From NCBI RefSeq assembly GCF_052425735.1, contig NC_135761.1, forward strand, positions 13,020,001-13,084,000: a DNA stretch of 64,000 bases, in the 5' to 3' direction. The DNA is from Oculina patagonica. Its lineage: Eukaryota. The number at the start of each line of letters is the position of its first letter. Within the stretch, counting starts at the first letter, position 1. Below the pieces are notes generated by a model, which made no database searches, was not told where the DNA came from, and saw only the letters and a program-made list of their open reading frames with translations. Below, one piece after another: positions 37,412 through 49,314 of this stretch. Both the position numbers and the translations under genes were made by a program.

Positions 37412-40400
37412 GGAGGGTCTGAATGGGGGGTTCCACATGTCGGTAATCGGTTAAAAATTCCTTACTTTGTCGGTTGTCGGTTAAAATTTTCGACCTTTGT
37501 CGGTTGTCGGTAAATGTCAGTCAATAATTAAAAGTGCAAGTTAATTCCTCGCGAAGCGAGGTGTATAATTTTGTCCCTCAAAGGGCTCAGGCGGGATGAA
37601 ATCTCGTGTGGAGTTTACGGTCATATATATTTATTTATTCCTCGCGAAGCGAGGCCGAAGGCCGAGCGTAGCGGGGTGTATAATTTTGTCCCTCAAAGGG
37701 CTCAGGCGGGATGAAATCTCGTGTGGAGTTTACGGTCATGTATATATATATATATATATATTTGTGAGCTTGGTGTCTGGCGGAAATGACGTCACACGGC
37801 CGCCGCGCGCTGGTGGCCTAATGGTAAGGCGTCGAACTTGAAATCAGATCTTCGGGACTGAGGGCGCGGGTTCGAATCCGGCTAGGGTTTTTTTTTTTTC
37901 CTTATTTTTTTTGTGGGTTCGAATCCTGAGCCTTTCATTTTTATCGCTTTTCTTTTCGGATTAAAATAACACTGATTTCCACATAATACTCCCTCAACGC
38001 CTATTCAGGCTATAAACCTTTCATCGCCATCAGGGGCGCGCGGGCGGAGGGTTCGAATCCTCCTGCCGTTCGTTCTTCTTTTTTTTTAATGCCCTCAAAT
38101 AAATGTCCAAACTGCGACTATCCAATAATTTGTCGATGATTTTGAAAATAGCCTGCGCTTCCCAACGCTTTATACCTCTTTACGAACCTGAAAGAGCCGC
38201 CATCTTCAAAGCGGAGTAGACCCTGGGAACGAGGGTGTCGCGGCCATGCCCGTTACTAATTTTTAACAAATATATCTTCCTGCCTACTGTGGAAAATTGA
38301 ATATGTACAATGTTCAACTTCAAATAATCCACTCCTTATTTATAACACCACCCCCCCCCCCCCCCGCCTCCCCAACCCAGAGCTTCGCGAGGCCCTGCGA
38401 GTCACGTATTACTAGTTTGTGAGCTTGGTGTGTGGCGGAAATGACGTCACACGGCCGCCGCGCGCTGGTGGCCTAATGGTAAGGCGTCGAACTTGAAATC
38501 AGATCTTCGGGACTGAGGGCGAGGGTTCGAATCCGGCTAGGGTTTTTTTTTTTTTTTTTTTTTTTTTTTTCTTATTTTTTTTGTGGGTTCGAATCCTGAG
38601 CCTTTCATTTTTATCGCTTTTCTTTTCGGATTAAAATAACACTGATTTCCACATAATACTCCCTCAACGCCTATTCAGGCTATAAACCTTTCATCGCCAT
38701 CAGGGGCGCGCGGGCGGAGGGTTCGAATCCTCCTGCCGTTCGTTCTTCTTTTTTTTTAATGCCCTCAAATAAATGTCCAAACTGCGACTATCCAATAATT
38801 TGTCGATGATTTTGAAAATAGCCTGCGCTTCCCAACGCTTTATACCTCTTTACGAACCTGAAAGAGCCGCCATCTTCAAAGCGGAGTAGACCCTGGGAAC
38901 GAGGGTGTCGCGGCCATGCCCGTTACTAATTTTTAACAAATATATCTTCCTGCCTACTGTGGAAAATTGAATATGTACAATGTTCAACTTCAAATAATCC
39001 ACTCCTTATTTATAACACCACCCCCCCCCCCCCGCCTCCCCAACCCAGAGCTTCGCGAGGCCCTGCGAGTCACGTATTACTAGTTTGTGAGCTTGGTGTG
39101 TGGCGGAAATGACGTCACACGGCCGCCGCGCGCTGGTGGCCTAATGGTAAGGCGTCGAACTTGAAATCAGATCTTCGGGACTGAGGGCGAGGGTTCGAAT
39201 CCGGCTAGGGTTTTTTTTTTGTTTTTTTTTTTTTCTTATTTTTTTTGTGGGTTCGAATCCTGAGCCTTTCATTTTTATCGTTTTTCTTTTCGGATTAAAA
39301 TAACACTGATTTCCACATAATACTCCCTCAACGCCTATTTAGGCTATAAACTGCTGATGTTGAAAACTGTTCATTGTTGTATGAAAATTTGCCATTTCGT
39401 TCTGAACCCATTGTTGCTGATGTAAAGGCTGATCGGGATTTCTCCATCCATTGGAAAGATAATCATCTTTGTTTAGTTCCTGTTGCTGTTGCTGTAATTG
39501 TTGTTGTTGTCTACGCGTGGCACTATTTTCTCGAGCAGACTGTAATCGAATATTTCTCTCCTCCTCCGATTCTAATTGTAAGCGCGCTGCATCACTTTCC
39601 CTTCTTAATTGTAATCTATCCTGTTGCTGTTTAGTTGATTCTACTAAAAGTCTGTCTGTATAATTTTGTCTCAGTAATTGTGATGTCTGTATTCTTGTGT
39701 CTTCAGCTTCTGTTTGTATTCTATCCACGGCATTTTGTCGAAGTCTCTGTAATCGTGCAGTTCGTTGTTGTCCAGTTTCTGTTTGTATTCTGTCTGCTGT
39801 ATTTTGTCGAGGTCTCTGTAATCGTGCAGTTCGTTGTTGTTCAGTTTCTGTTTGTATTCTGTCCGCGGTATTTTGTCGAAGTCTCTGTAATCGTGCAAAT
39901 CGTTGTTGTTCAGTTTCTGTTTGTATTCTGTCTGCTGTATTTTGTCCGTTACTAGGCAACAATAACCCAGAGCTTCGCGAGGCCCTGCGAGTCACGTATT
40001 ACTAGTTATTAATATTTGTTACATAATTTACGCAGTTTAAGACTTTAAACTTTAGACGAGATGTAAATTTGTAATAAAACACTTTAACCTCGTTAACTCT
40101 GTTTTTTACTGGAATGTGTTCGTCTAGTACCGATAAAATTACCAAAGCTTTTATTCTAGATGTGAATTTGTTTCCTGTCGATTACAGGGCATCGACGTTT
40201 TTAAGAGAGGTACATCAGACAAAGAGTGAAACACCTACTTCAGCCTTGGGTTACGCAATTTTGCTATTTCGGAAGTTTGTTCTCCAAAGAAGTCCACAAA
40301 CACTTATTACGCTTATTAATCAGCGGCTTTCGTGCCTTTACCGTGGGTTTCTTTTTTTTTTGCCAAAATTTCGTTGCCATACGTATCATTCTGCAGCGTT

Positions 40401-40757
40401 TAATGGATATTCAATGATTTTACACTTAAAATAAATCAAACTTAAACTTGGTGGGCTTCAATGAAAACCAACATCCGATATCAAAAAACAATTTCTGTGA
40501 AATTTAGTTACATACTTCAGCTGCACTTCTTTGTCACAATATAATCTTTTGAAGAAATCTACAAATCGTCTCGAACACCCATAAAGACAACTCTCGTTAT
40601 CTTTTACCGTCACATGTCGTTCGTATAACGTCGGACCATGTCGGTTGTCGGTTAGAATTAATTTGTCGCTTATCGGTAATTTTTTCCTCGTTTTGTCGGT
40701 AGTCGGTAATATTTTTCGCCCTTTGTCGCTAGTCGGTTAACCCCATTCAGACCCTCC
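37412..40757. mobile_element. Non-autonomous TIR DNA transposon hosting the Helentron-like array
   Basis: ggagggtctgaatgggg / ccccattcagaccctcc; target duplication gaaa (or cgaaag); empty site visible in the paralogous flank at ~9270-9290. Confidence 0.85.
37541..40005. mobile_element. Helitron/Helentron-like non-autonomous element with three tandem units
   Basis: Units 37761-38415, 38416-39083 and 39084-40005 each end ...CTAG|T; cctcgcgaagc at the left end vs subterminal gcttcgcgagg; (TA)n; minus ORF 39339-39995 with ETEQQRTARLQRLRQ repeats like Helitron Rep N-termini. Confidence 0.75.
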
Positions 40758-41265
40758 GAAAGGCTTCAGAAGATTTCCAAGAAAGATCTAAAGATGCTTG
40801 AACTACATGCAACCAAGCACTTTCCAAACATTTGATGGCTATATTCTTCTTGTATAGAGTAATGATCGTTAGTTTTTTTGTCTTATGTATTTACGTTTTA
40901 AAACCTTTTTTTCAAAGCCAACATAAGCTAAAATTCATGAAATTCATAATGTTCTGGTCAAGTAGTCTTGTGCTATCAGTTGGGCCTTTTTAGATGCGTT
41001 TTCGCAACGATAGTTTATAGGTAGAGTTGAATAATTATATTGGTCTACATTTGGATCTATTAAGATAGTTGCGTATCACAATTAAATGTAATTTCTTATA
41101 GAGTATTCCTTTTTGTAGGAGGGTGTATAAAAGTTATCTAATAAGATAAAAAGCAGTAGCATTTATTGAGTTATTAATGTTTTGTTACTCAGTATAAGGT
41201 CAGGAAAAACAACACATATTAGTTTTGTTTACTTTGTTTAATTGTTTGAAGTTCAAATCATAGTT

Positions 41266-41379
41266 CATTCTCGTCCCCATAGCCCTTTCGTTTCTCTTAG
41301 CCGGGTTGGCACGAGAAAACTTTCTCGTGCCAAGGCCCAGCCGGCTAAGAGAAACGAAAGGGCTATGAGGACGAGAATG
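41266..41379. mobile_element. Palindromic MITE with 9-bp TSD (MuDR-like)
   Basis: cattctcgtccccatagccctttcgtttctcttagccgg and its inverse, flanked by atcatagtt. Confidence 0.85.
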
Positions 41380-44300
41380 ATCATAGTTAATAGAGGGAAA
41401 TGATTATGAAGCCTGACAATTGGCAAAGTTCCTTGTTGTATATTTTTGGTCGCTATATTAGGATTGACCCTGCACAAAATCTGGAAAAATACAATAGGTG
41501 GTTACTGTAAGGAGAGGAAAATTGATTATTTGGTTTAATTGTATTTATTCGCATTCGCTGTTAAAAGATAGAAAAATTCAACATAGAAATTATTGTTTTG
41601 GTTTTGAAATAGCAGGTTAATGTTCCAGTTCATTAACCGTAGCAGTCACCTGTTGTTTTGTTGAAGATCATAACTGTAATTAGCGTTCAAGTGTAACGGA
41701 ACCCGCACTTGCCTTTTGTATAACTGTTATCTACCTGCACTGCTTTGTAAGTGATTAATTTTGTGAAAGTGAAATTCCGTTATTGCCAATAGGCCTTCCT
41801 GAAATGTATTAGATAATTCTTAAGTTAGACTATTTTATGGAATTACCTAATGCGTTAGCTTTGCAGTTTCTGCATAAGTAGAACTGCACTGTAAAATATT
41901 CTTTGGTGATCTTTTGGTACTGTTCTAGCACCCCCGGTGGTGGGATGCCGGTTAGACAAACATCCCGTTGATTACTGTTGGTTATGTTGTTGGAATAAAT
42001 CTCTGTTGTTGGAGCCAAGTAACTGCGTATTCTCTGCCGTTCCGAAGGACTGTTGTTGCTGTGTTAGATCCTGAACTTCCCGTAGCTGCAAGCGTGGTTC
42101 CCCCTCTATAAGTGTATACGGACTAACGACCGAAAACAGCGCGAAAACTTCCGTTTCATTACGTGTGTTCATGCAATAAACCGATAAAAACACTGCGATT
42201 ACGGAATTTATGCATAGTGTATGAGCGCAAAACAAGATGTGCACGGTCATCGACCTTCTAACCTAAATCTTGGACGATTTGTTTGCTCCTTTGATGTTTG
42301 CTGGGCTTCCTAACCATTTCTCTCTATTTGCTAAGTTCAAATTAAGACTTGATTTTGCTTCTGTAGCTGCAGCTTAACAATGACCTCTGGAAAAGGAACC
42401 CTCTGCGCTGTATGTAACGGACTTCACTTTCAGCAAACTAGTCAGAGTGAATATATTACTTCTCTGAGATTATGTTACAAAAAAGTCTCTAAATAAATTA
42501 TGGTTGGACCCATGTCTAGTTTATTTTCGCCTTGATCTATCGCCATGGTGTAAAATGTAGAAGGACGATTCATTTAGTCGGAAACGTCAGTGAAACGTTT
42601 TTGATTATCTAATTAGCAGCCGTAAGCCGTCATTACCATAAAAATCAATGAAATGAAAACTATTCGTACTCATTGGTACTACCACCTTCAAATTTATTTC
42701 CATAATTAATTTATTTCATGTGAAGTATCTTTAGTCTTTAATAATTTTACTTCGTTCCTCTAACTGGCTATACAAATTCTAAAATTACGGAGGCGAAGAA
42801 CTTCCGCCGAGAGACAAGCTTTGTTTACTAAGAGCGTACAAGACAGAGCGAGGCAAAGAAAGTTTGTCTTACTTGGCATGCCGCTAATATCAGGGTGGTA
42901 AAGGGGTTAGGCGTGACGCGTGATTGTATTGTTTTGTTTATCACATACACAAAGCTAAAGCTGAGACATACTAAGATAAATTGTTACTAAAAATAACTTG
43001 TCAAAGGAGCGTTTATTTCAAATGTCCAGCATCATGATTTAACCTTTTTTGGCGTGACGTCAATGATCGTTGTGGCAACGAGGATGAGGAAGTGGATCAT
43101 TTTGCCAAGCCATCCTGCAAACGAATTGAAACGAAGGCGAATAGTTTTTATGTTGGAGTTGTTCTTTTACCCCGCAGGAAACACATATTACAAATAACGT
43201 GTGAAAACAGACGCGAAAAGTGGCAGCATTTTTCTACTGTCTTGCCAAATGTGTAAATAACTGGAGCTCTTAACTTGAAAGAGACAACATCATCAACGGA
43301 AAAGGTGAGTGGATTCCAACTGATGATTGCTTTGCGATCCCGGGGTTTGCGATCTAATACTGAAGAAGTGCCGAGGAGCTTGTTATTTCAGGGAACCCGT
43401 AAAAATATCGTTATTATATTAATATATTCAACTATAGAAACTCGTACGCTAACAGATCCTCTCACGAAAATGACGCATTGACTCGACTGACAAAACACGG
43501 AAGTAGTAGTGGTAATAAAATATGTATCTTTATAGGTTCTAAAACAGTTATTGTGTCGATGGTTGATTTATGCACTTAACTGAAAGTTAACATTGAAACA
43601 TTTGCATCAGTTGCGGCACTGATTCGACACTGATGTAATTATCAGTTTGTTTCAACTATTATGTCTATTATCAATCCACTGTTCATTAATATGTTTTGCT
43701 GTTATTGGAAAGTGAGCCGTTCGTTCCATTGCGATTCTTGTGACCGAGGAGACGAAGAGACTAAAGAATTTGTTATGTTACACAAGCTTATCTTGAAGTA
43801 CAAACGCACAAAAACAGATATTCCTTTGTTGAAGCAGGGAGTTATCTCGCTTGAAGCAAGTAAACTAAGCAGTACAAAATCGTTAGAAGCTAGAAATATG
43901 ACCCATGAAAAGACCGAAGAGTTTCATCATCATTTCCACTGACATGTGCTTACTCCCTTCTCACGATAAGTAAACGTAGGGCGTGCAGATGAGGAGTTCC
44001 TCTTTGAGGAAAAAAGAAAGCTGGTTCCAAAATTCGCTTACTTCCATTTGTATGGATAGAAATCAGCCTTGTTCAACTTGACGGTTGTGTGACAAGGATT
44101 AAAACCGGAACCCGAGATTGTAATCTTCAAAGGTCGCGACTGTTTTTATTACTAGTATATAGATAATTACAATCAAAAAACAGAACTGAAACGATTAAGA
44201 CCTTTGGCATACGTTAGGGCTGCTGTGTCTGCCAAGGTCCCGTGAATTACACACAGGGGCTCCTCACATCAAATTGGAGGACGAAAATGTCCTAAAAGGT

Positions 44301-44752
44301 TACTTCCTGAGGTGGCGGCTGCACACAGGCTACCTGCTAACGCGCCTTTTGTTTTGTACCTGCAATTTTAACTTAAAGTACGCGGTCTGCTGGTAGGAGG
44401 TCTAGAACAGAAAAAAATATACCTAGTCTGATGTCGTCCCGAAAACTTCCGAATTCCCAGACGCCCTATTTTTTTCTTTCCAAGGCCATCTTCCATCAGA
44501 CCGCGTATTTGTCACATATCATAAAAGCTAACACGCCAGCTTGTCACACAACAACTATGTTTGTCACATAAAAATTGGCCATTTTTTTCTTATCTACACA
44601 AGCAAATAAAATTGCTAGTGTAAACTAGGCTTTAGTCTGCATAGTTTAACATTTGCTGATATGCAGTTTCCTTGACGGTAATTTTCAAGATTTCTGTAAG
44701 ATTGTATGGCAACAAGAAAATGGCACTAAAACAGAATAAATCCAGGAGTATA

Positions 44753-45600
44753 AAGCTGTGTTCACACTTGGGCGAAACATGATTAGTCTGATCATGAATG
44801 AAACATGTTTTGTTGTAAAAAGTGTTTACATCAGGCAGTGCATTGCGCGAATCATGATTGAAACATGATTAGTCTGATCATGATTGAAACAACCGCACGA
44901 GGTAGTTTCAATCATGATCAGACTAAACACGTTAAAAATGGCGGCTATGCGGTGAGGAGACGAGTGCCTAAAAGCTTCAAAATTGGGCCTTCTACTATGA
45001 GCTTCTATGAGACCAAATGTTTATTTAAAATATGGGCTAATGAAGCGATACAACAGGAATTATCGGCGATGGGTAGAAAGCAGAGTTTTTGGCAGAACAT
45101 CGCTACGAAAGTTTACGACGGCGGATACAAGCGCACAGCATTCACAACACAAAAAATTCTTCTTTTACCGAAGAAAGCACAAATACTGGCAATACTATCT
45201 CCTTGCTAAACACCGCTTGAAAGTCCTGCTCCATCGAAGAGCTTGAAAATACACAGAAAGTCAGGGACGGCGGAGCATTTTTCCAAGTTGGGGGGGGGGG
45301 GGGGGCGCTGACTAGTGACTTGAAGTGGGGGGCTTAAAAGAATCTTCTCTTAGTAAGTCTTTATTTTTTCACAAAGCTAATGGAAACTTTATTGTAATTT
45401 CGAGCTATATTTTTCGGTTCAAGTGTACCAGATTTATGCAAGAACCGCAAAACCACATAAATTACACACGAGGCATGAAAAGTGTTTGAAAATGACACCT
45501 AATGTGAACGATGCAATTACAAGCAAGTTTAGTTGAAACATGTTTCGTTGAAACATGTTTATTCTAAACATGTTTCGGATTAAATTAAGAAGTGACATTT
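44753..45600 (+). mobile_element. Harbinger-like remnant with Myb/SANT (trihelix) fragment
   Basis: KIWANEAIQQELSAMGRKQSFWQNIATKVYDGGYKRT; repeated GAAACATG subterminal motifs. Confidence 0.6.
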
Positions 45601-45876
45601 GGTGGGTGTATTCATGTGTCATCATGTGTTATTGCTTGATTTAAATCAATTTTCATTTTGTTTTCGTTACCATCGCGCAAGGTTTAACAGTTCAAGACTA
45701 AAGACCAAGTTTTCCAAAGAGAAACAAGAAGAGCATTACAAGTAAAAAAGAAGCAACGTTTGAGTTAGACACGAAACCCGTGCAAGATTAAAATGAAAAC
45801 TGAAAAGTGAGTAATATATTAACAGAAATTTTCGAAGTAGTACCAAGTGCGAAAAAGACAGACCAAATTGAACGAG

Positions 45877-48156
45877 ATGGGACAAACATTACCTACACTC
45901 CAGAAAGAAGAACTACGGGTGAGAGTGCAAATGGACGAGGAAGTCACTAACTTGGAAAACCAGTTAACCAGGAATGAAGATATGAAAGAGATGCGAGTGA
46001 ATCATGAAAAGGCTATTTCTGACCTAAGAAGACAATTGAATGTGAAGGACCTACAAATTACTGACTTACGGAGTGACATGGAACAACAACTGATAGATAA
46101 TCGTGAATTGCAACAGCAATTTAAAATTTCAAAAGAGCAGTTAACAAAACAAGAGACAGAGAAAGCAGTTCAACAAGAACGTCTAAGATATTTGGAAATA
46201 CAAAGGTCAGAAGAGAAAAAGCAAGTAAAAATTTTGCGTGGACAAGTACAAAATCTAAAGACTGAGCTAGGCACTAAAGATAAAAAACTAAGTCGTTTAG
46301 ACACAGAGCGTGTAGATATGCAAGAACAGCCAAGAAAACTGCAAGAACAATTAAAGGAAAAAGACACTGAAGAACTAAGTGTTACTTATCAGCAAGGTCA
46401 ATTTAGAGACACAACTAGACAGACAAAAGACTTACCAACTCAAATTACTAACCTGCTAAAACAGTTACAAGAAAAACAGAAATGTACGAAAAAGGTTGAA
46501 AAACAGTTAAAAGGAGAACAAAATCGAGCTTATAAACTGGAAAGTGAGTTAGGTGCACACAAGCATCAACTGCCACAAAATCAGCATCAATTTGCTTACA
46601 TACAAAGAGAATTAGGAAAAGGGGACACAGAAAATGAACACGAGCAATTAAAGGTAAAACACCAGCAGGTTAGTCAGCTGGATAGGCAGTTAATAATAAG
46701 AGAACAACAGTTGGAGGCGAAACAAAAAGAATTGACTGATCTAAAACTACAATTGAAGAGAAACGATGCTGAAAAAGCATCCTTAAAGACACAGATAGGA
46801 GAGGAAGGTAAACGAGTTCACAGTCTACAAGGGCAGTTAAAAACTAAAGAAGAGGAGTTGGCAGTCTTGAAACAAAAATTACAAGAAAGAGATATAGAAA
46901 GGGAAAAATATCAGCAATGTACTCAGCTGGAGGCAGATTTGAACGCAAAAGAGCAAGAGTTAGAAAAAATGCAAAAACAATTAAAAGGAATAAAAAGAGA
47001 TAAAGATAAATTGCAGGGTCACTTAAGAGTGCAACAGAGCAAAAACGAACAACTGGTACAGAAGCAAGAGCAACTGAATAACTTGCAAGAACAATTACGA
47101 AGAAAAGACAAAGACGTTGGGACCTTAGAGCAACAGCTAACAGTGCAAAAGCAACGTGTTAGTGATCTGCAAAGTCAGTTAACTGGCATACAAGAGCAAT
47201 CACAAGAAAAACACCAACAAATTATTGATATGCAAAGACGGATGGACACAATAAGAGAACAATTAGAACAAAATGAGAGGAAGGAGGAACAAGTGGAAAA
47301 AACATTGAATAGCTGCCAAGAACAAATACAAGCAATAACAGCTGAAAATGAAACTTTACAGGAACAGTTACGACGAACACAGGGACAAGTTTCTGAGCTG
47401 GAAAGTGACTTAAGAACAAAAGAGCAAGGACTGGCATTGAAGACAGAGCAAGTGACTCACCTGGAAGAACAATTACACGAAAAGGACGAACAAGTAAGTG
47501 ATCTCCAAAGACAAGTGGGCACGATGAGAGATCGTGTCAATGAACTAGACCGAACTTACTCCAGTGAGAATCGACGTACAATTCCAAACGACTGGGTAAT
47601 AAATCGAAAAGAAATTCAAATGACAGAAGAAGAGCTTGGGTTTGGAGCATGGGGAAGAGTTGTTCAAGGAAAATTTCGCCGCAGTAACGTTGCTGTAAAA
47701 CAAATCCATGAAGTCCTTCTGTCTCCTCACAGTAGGACAATTTTTGAGCGAGAAGTGGGAATTGCTTCAAGATGCCGCCATCCTTGCTTGTTGCAGTTTA
47801 TTGGAGCAACCAACGATGATAAAGGGCTATTGCTAGTGACGGAGCTCATGGATCGTAGCTTGAGATCACTGTATGAAGAGCGGCCACTCACTGAAGGAGA
47901 AATTTCAGTCATTTCGCTGGATGTAGCTCAAGCGCTAAACTATCTTCACCAAAACAAACCCAAACCCATCATCCACTGTTACATCAGTAGTGCAAATGTG
48001 TTGCTATGGCGACAGGGTGACCAATGGAGAGGCAAAGTGTCGGATTATGGCACTGCTAACTTCGTCAGGCAATGCACCAGAGACCATCCTGGAGCTGTGA
48101 AATACTGCGCACCTGAGGCCCTTGATGGAGCAGAGATTCAAATTATCAGCTGTAAG
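45877..48156 (+). CDS. Kinase copy F main exon: ~570-aa coiled coil + predicted pseudokinase (~840 aa total)
   Basis: MGQTLP start; GFGAWG, VAVK, DYG and APE retained; catalytic loop reads HCYISSAN; donor aag|gtaggt. Confidence 0.88.
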
Positions 48157-48384
48157 GTAGGTAGCTAGGTACTTTTTATTCAGCATTAATTATCAATTAT
48201 TTCTTTCATGCCTGCTTTATTAAAGTTCGGTCGTCTTAAATATCGGCTGGAGATGTGCAAAATGAAGAAATTAAAAATTACTCAAATGTGGAACGGCGTA
48301 GAAGACGGATCTCCAATGTTGATTCCTGCCGTTTTAGAGTTATTTTGTACAATGTGCCATGCATACTTACCAACGTACAGACTT

Positions 48385-48655
48385 TATTAGCTCGTCCCCA
48401 CGGGGCTTTTCAGGGTCTAAGTACATTACAAAATTAAAAAAAAAGCAGAAAGCTTTATCACACATGACAATAATGACGTGAAAAGAAGACAAAGATTGAA
48501 TATAAATTAAATAAAACAGTCACTAAAATGCTTTCGCCTGAGTAGGCGCTTGAAATCCGTCACAGATGGGCTATGTTTGACTGCAGGCTGCAACTCATTC
48601 CACAGAGAGGTCGCTCTATATTGAAAAGTCCTTTGACCGCTAGCAGTGCTAACTA
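48385..48655 (-). mobile_element. L2-like LINE 3' end in the intron of copy F
   Basis: SGQRTFQYRATSLWNELQPAVKHSPSVTDFKRLL on the minus strand. Confidence 0.65.
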
Positions 48656-48954
48656 AGAGATTTAATGATTCTACAGCTCGAATATCACACCTTTCAATCT
48701 CAAATTTGGTGTATAGTATCTCTGTTTAACTCCTGTTAAACCACATTTTTCTTTTTTGTGTGGATCGTTTAAAAGCCGAAAAAGTTATCAATTCTGTGCA
48801 CGTGTCCATACATTGCCTGTAACTAAATAACTCTTGTGGTGGTTAAGCGTGGTTTTCAATAAGGAATCACGAGGCTATTTCCCCTCGTCTTTCGTTGTTT
48901 GTGCGAGAAAGACTGCTGGTTTAAACGCAGCATTGTGTTTGGCTCTGTTTTTAG

Positions 48955-49197
48955 GGCGATGTTTACAGTTTTGGTGTTCTTATCTGTGAAATGCACATCC
49001 GGGAATTGCCAGATCCACAAAGGCGTGATGGACAAGTCAAACGCTTTAAGAACCGGAGGCTTCGGTCCCACCTGATAATCCCATGTCTACGACACAAGCC
49101 TGCATGGAGACCAGATATGGAAGAGATTATTGATGAGCTTGAAAACCAGTTTCATGGCAAGTCATGTTTAGTGTATTTTTTGGTAATTTTAATTTGA
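48955..49197 (+). CDS. Kinase copy F last exon with hydrophobic C-terminal extension
   Basis: ag|GDVYSFGVLICEMHIRELPDPQRRDGQV...ELENQFHGKSCLVYFLVILI*. Confidence 0.85.
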   Translation, partial: GDVYSFGVLICEMHIRELPDPQRRDGQVKRFKNRRLRSHLIIPCLRHKPAWRPDMEEIIDELENQFHGKSCLVYFLVILI

Positions 49198-49314
49198 GAA
49201 TCGTTCTTACAACTTAATCAATCATTCAAACTAACAAACCTCACAGAACTATAACTGAGACAAATGACCAACAAATTACCAACAAAAAAAATCTTTCCTT
49301 CAGTGTCAGTGTCA

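Noticed and set aside
37798-39210. Three tRNA-Ser(TGA)-like genes
   Set aside because: A and B boxes are present but the acceptor and anticodon stems do not pair convincingly; embedded in tandem TE units
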